From: Vicinamibacteria bacterium
Lineage (GTDB): Bacteria > Acidobacteriota > Vicinamibacteria > Marinacidobacterales > Marinacidobacteraceae
DNA length: 64,000 nt
Reading direction: 5' to 3'
NCBI GenBank assembly: GCA_964291235.2
Contig: OZ219816.1
Span: 1,760,001-1,824,000 of the forward strand
The notes beneath the pieces were generated by a model that saw only the letters and a program-made list of their open reading frames with translations, had not been told where the DNA came from and ran no database searches. This document shows, one piece after another, positions 38,778-49,261 of the stretch (positions are counted from its first letter, which is position 1; every line of letters begins with the position of its first letter). The translations under genes and the position numbers were made by a program.

Positions 38778-39879
38778 CTAAGGGGCGGATCGGGCCGCGA
38801 GCGTCAGGCCGGCCTTGATGAACCCGTCGAGATCCCCGCTCATCACGCGCTCCACGTCCCCTACCTGGTGGTTCGTCCGATGGTCCTTCACCATCCGGTA
38901 CGGCTGGAACACGTAGGACCGGATCTGGTTCCCCCAGGTGTTGTCCCCCAGGCTTTCCTTCTGGGCTTCTTCCTGGGCCTTCCGCTCCCGCACCGCTCGG
39001 TCGTAAAGACGCGCGCGCAGCACCTTCATCGCGCTATCCCGGTTCCGGTGCTGGGAACGTTCGTTCTGGCAGGAAACGACGATCCCGGTGGGCAGGTGGG
39101 TGATGCGGACCGCCGAATCGGTGACGTTCACGTGCTGGCCACCCTTGCCGCTGGCCCGGAAGGTGTCGATCCGGAGATCGTTCTCGTCCACGTCGATCTC
39201 GATCTTGTCGTCGAGATCGGGGAAGGCGGCCACCGAGGCGAAGGACGTGTGGCGCCGGTGCTGCGTGTCGAACGGCGACATCCGCACCAATCGGTGGATT
39301 CCCGACTCCACCCGGAGCCGGCCGTAGGCGTGGTCGCCCCGGACCTCGAAGGTCGCTCCCTTGATACCGGCTTCCTCCCCCGGCTGCCGGTCGAGAAGTT
39401 GGATCTCGAATCCCCGGCCCCTGGCCCAGCGGATGTACATGCCGAGCAGCATTTCCGCCCAATCCTGGGCGTCGGTCCCCCCGGCCCCCGGGTTGATGGT
39501 CACGATGGCGTCCTCGGTGTCGTGTTCGCCCGCGAACAACCGCTGGAGTTCGAACTCGTTGAGCTGGCGTTCGAGACGGTCGAGGTGTTCCCGGAAATCG
39601 TCCGCGACGTCTTCGCCCTCGCGCACCCACTCGGCGAGCGTCTCGACTTCGTCCACGGCCCGAGCGAACGCGGCGCTCCGCTCCAACTCCGCGAGCACCC
39701 GCGCCCGGCGCCGCGAAAGCGCCTCGCCGTCGCCCGACGCCGACCAAACGGCAGGATCGCTCAGGCGACCGTCGAGATCCCCAAGCTCGTCCGTCAGAGC
39801 GTCCGGGTCAAAGAAACCCCCGGACCACCGCGGCGCGACTGCAAAGGGTCTCGTAGCGGTCGAGCAGTTCCTGACTCAT
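38778..39879 (-). CDS. prfB: Peptide chain release factor 2, with programmed +1 frameshift
   Basis: ATG 39879, 23 codons to CTT TGA C (39813-39807) preceded by the SD-like CGGGGG; SPF and GGQ motifs downstream. Confidence 0.95.
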
Positions 39880-39996
39880 GGGTGGTTCTCCGGGGGGCGC
39901 CGCTGAATTCTAGCGGGGGGACGCCGGCCGGACAGCGGTGAACCCCGGGTGGCCGAGCGCTACCGGCGCCGGTTCACCCGGGTTCTCCCCAGGTGT

Positions 39997-40746
39997 TCAG
40001 CGGCTCGTGACCAGCGTCGCGAACTGCTCGCTCTCCAGCCGGGCCGCAAGCGCCCGGGCCGCCTCGCGGCTCTCGAAGTGCCCGACCCGGACGCGGAAGA
40101 TCCCGGCCGGAGTGCCCTCGATGTACCCCTCGATCTCGCTAGCCGCAAGTGCCTGCAACATCCGCTCGGCGGAGGCCCGGTCGCGGAAGGCGGCGACCTG
40201 AATAGTGAACTTTCCACCGCTGGCCGGTGCCGGCCGGTCACCGGCTTCGGACGGAGCCGGGCGCGCGGCGCGACGCTCGCGGGCGTTCGCGAGGGTGCGG
40301 GACGCTAGCTGGTCGGGGCTGGTGGACGCCGCGCGAGACGCGGGCCGGGGAGCCGGGGCTGGCGAGACCGGAGCCGACGCGATTGGGGCCGACGCGATTG
40401 GGGCCCGGGTTGGAGGCGTCGCGGAAGCGTCCGGTCGAACCGGCGAACGCTCCGCGGTCCGGGCCGCGGGCGTCGGCTCGGACCGGATGGGCAAACGGAG
40501 CGCGTCTTCCGCCGGCGCCTCGGATGCGGCGGCGGAAGTTGCGGCCGCCGGGCGGGCCGGCGTCGGAACCGGGTTCACCTGGCGGGCCACCACCAGGTCT
40601 TGAGCGCCGGGCGCCATCCCGCGTCCGATGACAATCCCGCCGACGAAAACGCCCACCACGATCACGATGAGCAGGCCGAACATGAGCACGAGCTGGCGCG
40701 TGGTGAATTGAACGTCGTAGTGATCGCTGTCGTGGTGGCCGTGCAT
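39997..40746 (-). CDS. SPOR domain cell-division protein (FtsN/DedD-like)
   Basis: N-terminal TM, Pro/Ala linker, FTIQVAAF...FRVRVGHF.SREAA. Confidence 0.88.
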   Translation of the reverse strand: MHGHHDSDHYDVQFTTRQLVLMFGLLIVIVVGVFVGGIVIGRGMAPGAQDLVVARQVNPVPTPARPAAATSAAASEAPAEDALRLPIRSEPTPAARTAERSPVRPDASATPPTRAPIASAPIASAPVSPAPAPRPASRAASTSPDQLASRTLANARERRAARPAPSEAGDRPAPASGGKFTIQVAAFRDRASAERMLQALAASEIEGYIEGTPAGIFRVRVGHFESREAARALAARLESEQFATLVTSR

Positions 40747-40854
40747 GAAACCCTCCGGGGGAATGGGACGCCAGGGCGCTCCTGAAGCAGCGCCTCCCCA
40801 CACCCTTAGTGCTGACCCTAGCAGAAGTTACCCCGAATTTCTAAAGCGATGCTT

Positions 40855-41139
40855 TAGCAACCAGTGGCAAAACCCGCGTGGGGTTTCACCACAGGCTGTC
40901 AACAGCCTGTGGTGAAACGCACGTGAGCACCGAGACGAGTGAGGCCCAGTTCTCCCGGTGGGGCCAGTTCTCCCGGTGGGGGCCCGGCTGACAAGGCGCG
41001 TGAGGGAGGAATACCGAGCGTATTTCGACCGAAACGCAACGATGAGCGCCTCGCAGAGGCGCGGCCAGTTCTCCCGGTGGGGGCCAGCCGGGATGCATCG
41101 CTCGTCGTATGCCGCGTGGGTTTTGCCACAGGCTGTTGA
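40855..41139. repeat. MITE-like repeat: ends-only mini copy (40855-40901) plus full copy (40900-41139) with three 18-bp inserts
   Basis: Terminal IR cagcctgtgg...ccacaggctg; core gagggaggaataccg..tatttcgaccgaaacgcaacg shared with the copies at 47.6 and 59.6 kb; the 53.5 kb copy shares the ends. Confidence 0.85.
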
Positions 41140-41182
41140 GTCCGGGAGGGCAACCGGACGGAGCGGCCGCGGGCCGGAGGAG

Positions 41183-41965
41183 TCAGTCTTCCTTGACGTC
41201 CGTCCGCTTGCTCACCTCGAGGAAGGGTTTCACCAGGTCGAGCGGGAGCGGGAAGATGATCGTCGAGTTCTTCTCGGTAGCGATTTCGGTCAGGGTCTGG
41301 AGATATCGGAGCTGGGCTCCCAGCGGGTGTGTTCCGACCACTTCGGCTGCTCTGGCGAGCTGCGCGGAGGCCTGGAATTCGCCTTCCGCGTGGATGACCT
41401 TGGCGCGCTTTTCGCGTTCGGCCTCCGCCTGCCGCGCCAGCGCCCGGGTCATCTCGCTTGGGAGGTCCACGTGCTTGACCTCCACCGAGGCCACCTTGAT
41501 ACCCCAGGGATCGGTCTGCTGGTCGAGAATCCCCTGCAACGTGACGTTGAGCTGGTCGCGCTGGGAGAGCAGATCATCCAGTTCCACCTGGCCGAGAACG
41601 CTGCGGAGCGTGGTCTGGGCGAGCTGGGAGGTCGCGTAGAGGAAGTCCTCCACCTCGACGACCGCCTTGGTCGGGTTCACCACGCGGAAGAACACCACGG
41701 CATTCACCTTCACCGAAACGTTGTCGCGGGTGATGATGTCCTGCGGCGGAACGTCGAAGGCGACGAGCCGGAGGCTCATCCGCACCATCCGATCGATGGG
41801 TGAGAAGACGAGCACCAGGCCCGGCCCCCGGGGCGTGGGCAGCAGTTTGCCGAATCGGAAAATCACGCCGCGCTCGTACTCGTTCAGGACCTTGATCCAG
41901 TTGAGGACAAAGATCACCGCGAAGGCGATGGCAACGAGGGCTCCCAGGGGAAGTCCGAAGGTCAT
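41183..41965 (-). CDS. SPFH/stomatin-like (slipin) protein
   Basis: [55 protein letters not shown]. Confidence 0.95.
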   Translation of the reverse strand: MTFGLPLGALVAIAFAVIFVLNWIKVLNEYERGVIFRFGKLLPTPRGPGLVLVFSPIDRMVRMSLRLVAFDVPPQDIITRDNVSVKVNAVVFFRVVNPTKAVVEVEDFLYATSQLAQTTLRSVLGQVELDDLLSQRDQLNVTLQGILDQQTDPWGIKVASVEVKHVDLPSEMTRALARQAEAEREKRAKVIHAEGEFQASAQLARAAEVVGTHPLGAQLRYLQTLTEIATEKNSTIIFPLPLDLVKPFLEVSKRTDVKED

Positions 41966-43314
41966 GAATCAACTCCTTGTGTGGCAGACCCGGGCGCGTC
42001 TGCCGACGCTGGGCCGACGCGAAGGGTAAGCCCTTCCACCGCCAGCACCCGGACGCGCTCACCGGTATTCACCGGATCGCTGGCGACGGCGTCCCAGAAC
42101 TCGCCGTGAACGAACACCTTGCCTTCGCCGCCCGACGGGATGTCACTGCGGACGGTGGCCACCAGGCCGATCATCCCCTCCTGGCCGGTCACCGGGGGAC
42201 GGCGCTGGGCGCGCACCACCAGTTGGCCGAGGAAAAACACCAGGACCACGAATACCAGGACGGACGGAACAACGAGGCCCCAGGTCAACGTCAACGCCGG
42301 AGTGGGCAGGGATTGCTCCTCAAAGAAGAAAAGTAGTCCAATCACCAGCGCAACCGTTCCCGAGAGCCCCATTATGCCGAACGAGGGGGTGAGCGCCTCC
42401 GCAGTCAGCAGACCAATGCCGGCGAGCAGCAGCAGCACCCCCAGGAGGCTGACGGGGAGGAAGTTGAGGCCGAAAGCGGCCAACAGCAGCGCGATGCCTC
42501 CGAGAATGCCCGGAATGAGCAGCCCCGGATTCGAGAACTCCAGGTAGAGCCCGAGCAGCCCGATCATCCCGAGGAGCACCGCCAGGTTCGGATTGGCGAT
42601 CACTGAAAGAGCCCGGTCGCGGAAACTCATTTCGGTCTGGACGACGAGCGCGTCGGCGGTGTCGAGCGTCACCTCGGTTCCGTCGATCCGGGTCACCGTC
42701 CGGCCGTGAATCGCAGCCAGGAACTCGCCGGCATCGTCGGCCATGAGGTCGATCAGACCGGCCTCGAGCGCCTCCGTCGCGGTCCAGCTACGCGCTTCGG
42801 TCACCCCCTGTTCCGCGAGGGCGACGTCGCGCCCGCGGCGCTCGGCGATCGATCGGAGGTATGCCGCAGCATCGGACTCGACCTTCCGGCTCAGGGTCTC
42901 CGGCATCTCGCCGCCGGTGCCCGCGATCGGGGTGGCGGCGCCCATGTTGGTCCCGGGCGCCATACCCGAGATGTCGGCGGCCAGAGTGATCAGATATCCC
43001 GCGGAAGCGGCCCGGGAACCCGAGGGACCCACATAGACGGCCACCGGCACCGCGCTGTTCAGGATCCCCTCGATGATCTCCCGCATCGCGGTGTCGAGGC
43101 CGCCCGGGGTATCGAGCCGCAACAGGACGAGTCCGGCGCCAGCCTCTTCCGCCGCCGCAATGGTGGTGAGCACCCGCCGCGCCGAAACCGAGTGAATGAT
43201 GTCCACCACATCGACCTGATGGACCTCCGCAGCCGCCGCGGGAATCGACGGCGCGGCAGCGATTCCGAGGGCCAGCCCGACGATGGAAAGGGTGGGGATC
43301 CGCGCGTTCGACAC
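41962..43314 (-). CDS. nfeD: NfeD family membrane-bound serine protease
   Basis: [22 protein letters not shown]-terminal OB fold [10 protein letters not shown]; paired with the slipin gene. Confidence 0.92.
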   Translation of the reverse strand: MSNARIPTLSIVGLALGIAAAPSIPAAAAEVHQVDVVDIIHSVSARRVLTTIAAAEEAGAGLVLLRLDTPGGLDTAMREIIEGILNSAVPVAVYVGPSGSRAASAGYLITLAADISGMAPGTNMGAATPIAGTGGEMPETLSRKVESDAAAYLRSIAERRGRDVALAEQGVTEARSWTATEALEAGLIDLMADDAGEFLAAIHGRTVTRIDGTEVTLDTADALVVQTEMSFRDRALSVIANPNLAVLLGMIGLLGLYLEFSNPGLLIPGILGGIALLLAAFGLNFLPVSLLGVLLLLAGIGLLTAEALTPSFGIMGLSGTVALVIGLLFFFEEQSLPTPALTLTWGLVVPSVLVFVVLVFFLGQLVVRAQRRPPVTGQEGMIGLVATVRSDIPSGGEGKVFVHGEFWDAVASDPVNTGERVRVLAVEGLTLRVGPASADAPGSATQGVDS

Positions 43315-43316
43315 TC

Positions 43317-43793
43317 TCAGGAGGGTTTCCGATCGTGAATTGTGCGGAGTTCGCGGATCTCGAACTCGCGCTCGCCAACGGGTGTGTGAACGCTCACTTC
43401 GTCTCCCACCCGGGCACCCATGAGCGCCCTGCCGATCGGGGAGCCGGTGGAAACCTTGCCCACCGTGGCGTCCGCTTCCTCGCTCACCACGAGTTCGTAG
43501 CGGGACTCCCCGTCGGTGTCCAGGTCCACCACCACCACTTCGCTGCCGAGCGAAACCCGGTCCGCCGGGATGTTGTCCATGCTCACCATGGACAGATCCG
43601 CAAGTCGCCCCTTGAGTTGTGCGAGGCGGACGGCCACGTAGGTCTGCCGGTCCTTCGCGGCTTCGTACTCCGCGTTCTCGGAAAGGTCGCCGTGCTCGCG
43701 AGCCTCCTTGATCTGTTTGGGAAGCCGCAGATGCAGTTCTTCCTCGAGTTCACGCACCTCGGCCTCAAGACGGGCGCGGAAGGAGAGAGTCAC
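43317..43793 (-). CDS. greA: Transcription elongation factor GreA
   Basis: AREHGDLSENAEYEAAK, SPIGRALMG. Confidence 0.93.
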   Translation of the reverse strand: MTLSFRARLEAEVRELEEELHLRLPKQIKEAREHGDLSENAEYEAAKDRQTYVAVRLAQLKGRLADLSMVSMDNIPADRVSLGSEVVVVDLDTDGESRYELVVSEEADATVGKVSTGSPIGRALMGARVGDEVSVHTPVGEREFEIRELRTIHDRKPS

Positions 43794-43977
43794 GGATTGC
43801 TGAAGCCTTTCTGGAATGAGAACCGAAGGAAATCAGAATAGCACCGCCGCAGCCCGGTTCGGGCGGCGCCCCTCCGGGAAGAGGCGGTAGCCGGGAGACC
43901 ACCGCCCTTGCAGCGCCGAGGACGAGCGGGCATGATCCGCACTCCGAATCCAATGGTGCAACCCCGGGAGGTTCTCC

Positions 43978-44631
43978 ATGAAACACATCACCAGCCGCCA
44001 ACGAACCGGGCGGCTGTCCACCAAACTGTCCGGCGCCGCGGCTCTCGGGCTCGCCGCCGCGCTGGCCAGCTTCGCCGGAACCCCTGACGCCATGGCGCAA
44101 GATGTCTCGCTCAGGGTCGGCGACAAGGCGCCCATGTTCCCGAATGCCCTGCCTTCGACCGCGGGCGAATCGGCGGGCGCGACAAAGCTCGACCTGCAAG
44201 CCGCGCTCGGCAAGAAGAACATCGTGCTCGCCTTCTACGTTGCCGACTGGACGGGTGGTTGAACGCTTCAGTTTTCGTCCTACAAGGACGACATCCAGAA
44301 GTTTCTGGATGCGGAAACCCAGGTCTTCGGGATCAGCGTCGATACCCCGTACTCGCAGTGGAATTGGCTCCAGAGCGTCGGCAAGGACTCCGGCATGATG
44401 GTGGAGGCGGCCACGCCGGGCGACCTGCCGGGTCTCGTTCTCCTCTCGGACCGCCAGTCGGAAGTGGTTGGCGCCTACGGCGTGAAGCCCCTCGAGATCA
44501 ACGGGGCGCGCTACGCATCGCGCGCGACCTTCGTCATTGATCGCGACGGGATCCTTCAGTACGTCAACTACGACTACCAGATCCGTGAGGACTACGAACC
44601 GTTGATGGAAGTTCTGGCCGGACTGGAATAG
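43978..44631 (+). CDS. Secreted peroxiredoxin (AhpC/TSA), predicted selenoprotein (UGA at 44260-44262)
   Basis: AFYVADWTGG-UGA-TLQFSSY...QVFGISVDTPYSQ...SRATFVIDRDG read in one frame; the UGA sits at the peroxidatic Cys position. Confidence 0.88.
44266..44301 (+). promoter_or_regulatory. Candidate bacterial SECIS hairpin
   Basis: TCGTCC-tacaa-GGACGA (44275-44291) starts 12 nt after the UGA; lower CTTC/GAAG pairing. Confidence 0.55.
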
Positions 44632-44663
44632 TCACTTCCTCGAAACCGTCCCGCCCGCCGTCC

Positions 44664-45413
44664 GTGTCGTCCGCATCGTCGGCCCTCGTGATCGCCATGC
44701 GGCACGGTCGGGCGAACGCCATCGATCCGGCGCTGGTCGCCGAGTTGGGGGCGGGCCTCGATGAAGCCGAGCGGAGCGGCCGGCCGCTGGTCCTTACCGG
44801 AACCGATCGTTTCTTCTCGGCGGGCCTCGATCTCCAGGGATTGCCGGAGGATCGGCAGGAGATGGGCGCCTTCGTGGACGCCTTCGACGCGTTCGTGCGG
44901 CGGCTCTTCTGGTTCCCCTTCCCCACCGTTGCGGCGGTAAACGGGCACGCGGTCGCGGGAGGCGCCATCCTGGCGGCTGCCTGCGATGTCCGGATCGGGG
45001 CCGTCGGCAACTACCGGATCGGGGTTTCGGAGGTGCAGCTTGGGGTCATCTTTCCGGCGGCCGCCTTCGAAGTGCTCTCGGCGGCCATACCACCGGCGCG
45101 GACGGCGGAAGTTCTCTTGCGGGGGCGCCTCACCGGCCCCGAGGACGCGGTCTCGAATGGCTTCCTCCATGAACTTGCGGCTCCGGAAAGGCTGACCGCA
45201 ACGGCCGTGGAGCGCGCCGAGGAAATCGGAGCCCTGCCCCGGGAGGCCTACGTCCACACCAAGCGGGCGCTGCGGGCCGAATTCGCAGAGCGGGCGAGGG
45301 ATCAGAGCGCCGCAAAGCGCGAGCGGTTCCTGGACACCTGGTTCTCCGAAGAATCGAAAGCCCGGCGCGCCGCCATCCTGCGGGGTACGAAAAAGAAGCG
45401 CGGAACCGGCTGA
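44664..45413 (+). CDS. Enoyl-CoA hydratase/isomerase family protein
   Basis: FFSAGLDL, AAVNGHAVAGGAILAAACD, GVSEVQLG. Confidence 0.9.
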   Translation: MSSASSALVIAMRHGRANAIDPALVAELGAGLDEAERSGRPLVLTGTDRFFSAGLDLQGLPEDRQEMGAFVDAFDAFVRRLFWFPFPTVAAVNGHAVAGGAILAAACDVRIGAVGNYRIGVSEVQLGVIFPAAAFEVLSAAIPPARTAEVLLRGRLTGPEDAVSNGFLHELAAPERLTATAVERAEEIGALPREAYVHTKRALRAEFAERARDQSAAKRERFLDTWFSEESKARRAAILRGTKKKRGTG

Positions 45414-45417
45414 CCAG

Positions 45418-45495
45418 GAGCGCCAGCCTCCAGGCTGGCATCGCCGAGTTTCGCCTCGCGGTACGCGGCGATGCCGGCCGGAGGCCGGCGTTCCC
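45418..45495. repeat. REP-like palindrome pair between convergent genes
   Basis: gccagcctccaggctggc ... gccggccggaggccggcgttccc; related to gccggtctggagaccggcgctcc (~13632) and gccgatctggagatcggcgttccc (22228). Confidence 0.7.
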
Positions 45496-46328
45496 TAGTT
45501 CGTGCTGTGCGCGTCGATCGCGGCGCGAATGGCCTTCACGGTGACCTCCGAGCGGTAGCGGAAGAGCTGGCGCCCCAACGACTTGGTTTGATCCAGAGGA
45601 TCCACGTCCACGCCGTTGATAGAGAAGAGACCGGCCTGACGACGCTCGGACGTGCGGATCGAATTCTGATCCACCGCCGCCATCATCGAGGTGATCGCGT
45701 AGTCGTCGTGAATTCCCTCGGGCGTCTGTTCCACGCCGCGCTCGGCGAGCCATGACTGGAGCGCCTGGTAGTCGTAGTACTCGGGGATGTAGTGGACGCC
45801 CGGGCTGCCCGTCCACTCGGCAGTGAGTTCTTCGGCAACCGCCTTCATGCCGGCCTGGTTGCCGCCACTGTCCCCAATGAAAATGACGTGTTGGAAGCCG
45901 CTGGCCTTGAGGCTGCGGGCAACGTCCCGGAGCACGGCCCGGAAGGTCTCCTGGCTGAGACCGACGGTTCCCGGATAGCGCATGTGACCGGTGGGGGGAT
46001 CGAAGTCGCCCTCCGGCACCAGTTTCAGAATCGGGGCCACGAGTGCGTTCCCAAGGTCCCTGGCGATCGCTTCCGTGACACCGCGCAGCAGCACGTTGTG
46101 CTTGCCGGTGACCAGATAGGGTCCGTTCTGCTCGACGCCACCGCTCGCGACGATGGCGGTGTGCTTGCCGTCCGCGATCAGATCGCGCACTTCCATCCAG
46201 GTGAGATCCTCGATGAAGACGCTGTCCCGGATCGGGATCGGACGCGGTTTGTCGGGCTCCGGACTCTGGGCGAATCCCAGAATCGGCATCGTCACGGAAA
46301 GGGCAATTACGGCGAGACCGGTGCGCAT
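45495..46328 (-). CDS. Creatininase family protein, paralog 1 (signal peptide)
   Basis: IEDLTWMEVRD, GGVEQNGP, YPGTVGLS.ETF, GDSGGN. Confidence 0.88.
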   Translation of the reverse strand: MRTGLAVIALSVTMPILGFAQSPEPDKPRPIPIRDSVFIEDLTWMEVRDLIADGKHTAIVASGGVEQNGPYLVTGKHNVLLRGVTEAIARDLGNALVAPILKLVPEGDFDPPTGHMRYPGTVGLSQETFRAVLRDVARSLKASGFQHVIFIGDSGGNQAGMKAVAEELTAEWTGSPGVHYIPEYYDYQALQSWLAERGVEQTPEGIHDDYAITSMMAAVDQNSIRTSERRQAGLFSINGVDVDPLDQTKSLGRQLFRYRSEVTVKAIRAAIDAHSTN

Positions 46329-46779
46329 GATCAGAAATCTCCTTCGAATGTTCCGAGGCCCGCGTTCCGGCGAGCCCGGACCGCTGACCATATCGCGGTC
46401 GCGTGACGGGGCTGTGCCGGCCACGAGGCCGGCCCCGTCCTCCGGGTGGGAGCTCCGGTGCCTGTGCGACGTGCGGCTGAGGAGTTGGCTGTCCCACCGG
46501 GCAAGAAAGAAATGGCAGCGAACTCGGTTCGCTGCCCACCTGACCAGGGGGAATGCGTGAAAGGGCCCCCCCCCTTTCACAAGAGGAAAACCACTCCGAC
46601 TCGGAACTCGCCGCCGGGCGCCAACCAGAGCCGCGGGCTGCGGAGATCTGTCCGGCGCCCCCACGCGCCCAAGGGAGTTTCGAGTCCGGCGCAAAACGCC
46701 GGGCGGTTTGGAAGGGGGCGCCCCTTGCAACGCATCAACGTTCGAAGGGTGCCGAGCCGCATGCCCCCTTCCGGACCGC

Positions 46780-47604
46780 CTAGTGCGAAGCGATCGCGGC
46801 GCGGATGGCCTTCACGGTCACTTCCGAGCGGTAGCGGAAGAGGCGCATTCCCCAGGCGCGGGTCTGGTCCAGCGGGTCGAGGTCCACGCCGTTGATCCGG
46901 AAGAGGCCGGCCTGCCGGCGCTCCGCGGTCCGGATGGAGTCCGGGTCCACGGCGGCCATCATCGCGGCCATCGCGAATTCGTCGTGCAGGCCCTCCGGCT
47001 CCTCCTTGATCCCGTTATCGGAGAGCCAGGTCCGCAGGCCCCTGACGTCGTAGAACTCGGGAATGAAGTGGACGCCGGGAGACCCGTTCCACTCGGCGTG
47101 CATTTCCTCCGCCACCGCCGTCATCCCGGCCTGGTTTCCACCGCTGTCGCCGAGGAAGATGATGTGCTGGAAGCCGCTCGCCCTGAGACTGCGGGCAACG
47201 TCCCGCAACACGGCTCGGAATGTCTCATCGCTGAGCCCGACGGTGCCGGGATAACGCATCATCCCGGTGGGAGGATCGAAGTCGCCTTCGGGCACCAGCT
47301 TGAGAATCGGGGCTACCAGCGCGTTCCCGAGATCCCTGGCGATTGCTTCGGTGGTGCCGCGCAGCAGCACGTTGTGCTTGCCGGTGACCAGATACGGGCC
47401 GTTCTGCTCGATGCCACCACTCGCGACAATGGCGGTGTCCTTGCCGTTCGCGATCAGGTCGCGCACCTCCATCCAGGTGAGATCCTCGATGAAGACACTG
47501 TCCCGGATCGGGATCGGACGCGGTTTGTCGGGCTCCGGACTCTGCGCGGCTCCCAGAACCGGCAGGGCCAGGGAAAGAACGATGGTAGTGAGAAGCGTGC
47601 GCAT
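46780..47604 (-). CDS. Creatininase family protein, paralog 2 (signal peptide)
   Basis: Mature region nearly identical to paralog 1 over long stretches. Confidence 0.88.
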   Translation of the reverse strand: MRTLLTTIVLSLALPVLGAAQSPEPDKPRPIPIRDSVFIEDLTWMEVRDLIANGKDTAIVASGGIEQNGPYLVTGKHNVLLRGTTEAIARDLGNALVAPILKLVPEGDFDPPTGMMRYPGTVGLSDETFRAVLRDVARSLRASGFQHIIFLGDSGGNQAGMTAVAEEMHAEWNGSPGVHFIPEFYDVRGLRTWLSDNGIKEEPEGLHDEFAMAAMMAAVDPDSIRTAERRQAGLFRINGVDLDPLDQTRAWGMRLFRYRSEVTVKAIRAAIASH

Positions 47605-47637
47605 GACGTGAAACTCCTTCGCGTATCGGAAAGGCTA

Positions 47638-47951
47638 CTAGCAGCCTGTGGGCAAAGTCACGCGGCATTCCCGAGCTACGAGGTCTGGAAGTCGGCTAGC
47701 GCCAACCCCCGTCCCTCGTGCTCAAGGGGTCTCCGCCGGGCTCTCGCCCGGCTCCGGAAACGAACGGCGATGCATCCCGGCTGAAACGGGCCGCTACGCG
47801 ACCCTCATCGTTGCGTTTCGGTCGAAATACACTCGGTATTCCTCCCTCACGCGCCGCCCCCACCGGGAGAACTGGGTCAGCCAGGCGCCTCCCCCCCACC
47901 GGGAGAACTGGCGTTCTCGGTGCTCACGTCACTTTGTCCACAGGCTACTAG
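47638..47951. repeat. MITE-like repeat copy with two 18-bp inserts
   Basis: ctagcagcctgtgg...ccacaggctactag; same core as the 40.9 and 59.6 kb copies. Confidence 0.82.
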
Positions 47952-48673
47952 ACGCGCAACCCTGGGGCGATTGCGTGGTGGCGATAGTCCTCGCCCGGCA
48001 TCTCGACAACGCGACAGGCTTCGTGCAGCAGGGAAACGCCGCGTACCGTGATCTGGTCCGCGAGGGTCGTCTGCTTGGCCGCCTGCAGGGGAAACGCCGT
48101 CGTGCAGACGAGGATGGCCTCACCCTGGATGCAGCGGTTCAGAATGTAGAGAAACCGCTCCTGCACCCGGGCGTCCCACCCGGTGTCGGCCCCCAACTGA
48201 TCGAGCACCACGATCTCGGCGCGGGCCAGCGCATCCAACCGGCGCTCGTCAACCAGGAGCTGGTCGTTCCACACCCGCTGCACCTCTCTCAGGAGCCGCG
48301 GGACGTACTCGAACCGCGCCCGCACCGCGATCTTCCGGTCATAGAGGATGTGGCGGAGAGCCGCGACCGCCAGGTGCGTCTTGCCGACCCCGGCCGGGCC
48401 GCTGATCAGGAGTCCCGCCTTGACCACGGGAAAGGCATCGGCCCATTTGAATACGATCTGTTTGACCCGCTTCGGCCCACCCTCGAGGTCGTCGAAGGCG
48501 TCGAAACGCATGCGTTCGGCGTGGTCCGGCGCCACCCCGATTTCCTGGAGACGGGCGGGGCCCGGAACCACGTCCCGGCACCGGCAGGCGACGACCGCCG
48601 CAGAACCGTCCGCACGGGGAGCGGCCTTCCACCCGGTATCGCCGCAATCGGGACAGGTCGGGGCCGCTTGCAA
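47948..48673 (-). CDS. DnaC/IstB-like AAA+ ATPase with N-terminal Zn ribbon
   Basis: CPDCGDTGW...ACRC, Walker A GPAGVGKTH, VVLDQLG, ILNR, GEDYR. Confidence 0.82.
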   Translation of the reverse strand: MQAAPTCPDCGDTGWKAAPRADGSAAVVACRCRDVVPGPARLQEIGVAPDHAERMRFDAFDDLEGGPKRVKQIVFKWADAFPVVKAGLLISGPAGVGKTHLAVAALRHILYDRKIAVRARFEYVPRLLREVQRVWNDQLLVDERRLDALARAEIVVLDQLGADTGWDARVQERFLYILNRCIQGEAILVCTTAFPLQAAKQTTLADQITVRGVSLLHEACRVVEMPGEDYRHHAIAPGLRV

Positions 48674-48747
48674 GAGGGTTCTTTCAGGGCGCGGAACGGC
48701 CGGCGGAATCGAACCTCACCGGCCGCATCATTGTTTCGGCCCGTATC

Positions 48748-49185
48748 CTACGAATTTCGGGAACCGGGCGGGGAAGCAGCGGTGGTGGTTCCGGCGTCCG
48801 AGTTGGTCGCGGCGGGAACGATGTCCCTTCGCGGCAACCGCACCAGGGCGTTCTTGGCGCGCTCGCTCAGTGCGTTTTCTTCCCGCGACAGCTCCCGATG
48901 GATGAACTCGGTGAACTGGGTGATCTCTTTCTGCATGCGCTGCATCTTGGCCCGCATGTTCAAGATGATGTCCACGCCGGCGAGATTCACTCCGAGTTCC
49001 CGAAGATTGAGGATGGTCTGGAGCTGTTCAAGATCCTCATCGGTGTAAACGCGCGTGTTTCCCTCGGTACGCGAAGGCGCCAGCAACCCCTCGCGCTCAT
49101 AGAGGCGCAGAGTCTGCGGATGAATCCCGAACAGCTCGGCCACCGCGCTGATCATGTAAACGCCCTTGCGACGCTCGGCGCTCAT
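48748..49185 (-). CDS. hspR: MerR-family heat-shock repressor HspR
   Basis: YMISAVAELFGIHPQTLRLYEREGLLAPSRTEGNTRVY, LGVNLAGV; follows dnaJ. Confidence 0.9.
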   Translation of the reverse strand: MSAERRKGVYMISAVAELFGIHPQTLRLYEREGLLAPSRTEGNTRVYTDEDLEQLQTILNLRELGVNLAGVDIILNMRAKMQRMQKEITQFTEFIHRELSREENALSERAKNALVRLPRRDIVPAATNSDAGTTTAASPPGSRNS

Positions 49186-49261
49186 GGGGACTCCTCGGTG
49201 TCTGTCCCGGTAGCTCGGTGAGAACGGCTCGGAAATGCCATGAGATTGCCGGGACAGACTG

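Noticed and set aside
38778-39879. prfB as a frameshifted pseudogene
   Set aside because: It has the canonical CTTTGAC programmed frameshift.
40806-40858. AT-richer stretch with ttagtgct and ctaaagc-gat-gctttag as a CIRCE or other operator
   Set aside because: It does not fit TTAGCACTC-N9-GAGTGCTAA and no regulator can be assigned.
40946-41083. Three copies of an 18-bp repeat as a possible CRISPR array
   Set aside because: The repeat is too short, spacing is irregular (0 and ~83 nt), the intervening DNA is itself a multicopy repeat, and there are no cas genes.
43978-44262. Peroxiredoxin as a pseudogene or two small genes
   Set aside because: The only stop is a UGA exactly at the catalytic residue and the downstream frame is intact, so Sec recoding fits better.
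46546-46778. Hairpin-rich spacer between the creatininase genes as a riboswitch or ncRNA
   Set aside because: It shows only generic GC-rich inverted repeats, with no aptamer consensus I can recognise.
47948-48673. IstB-like gene as part of an IS21 or prophage
   Set aside because: There is no istA, integrase or phage gene nearby; it follows the chaperone operon.
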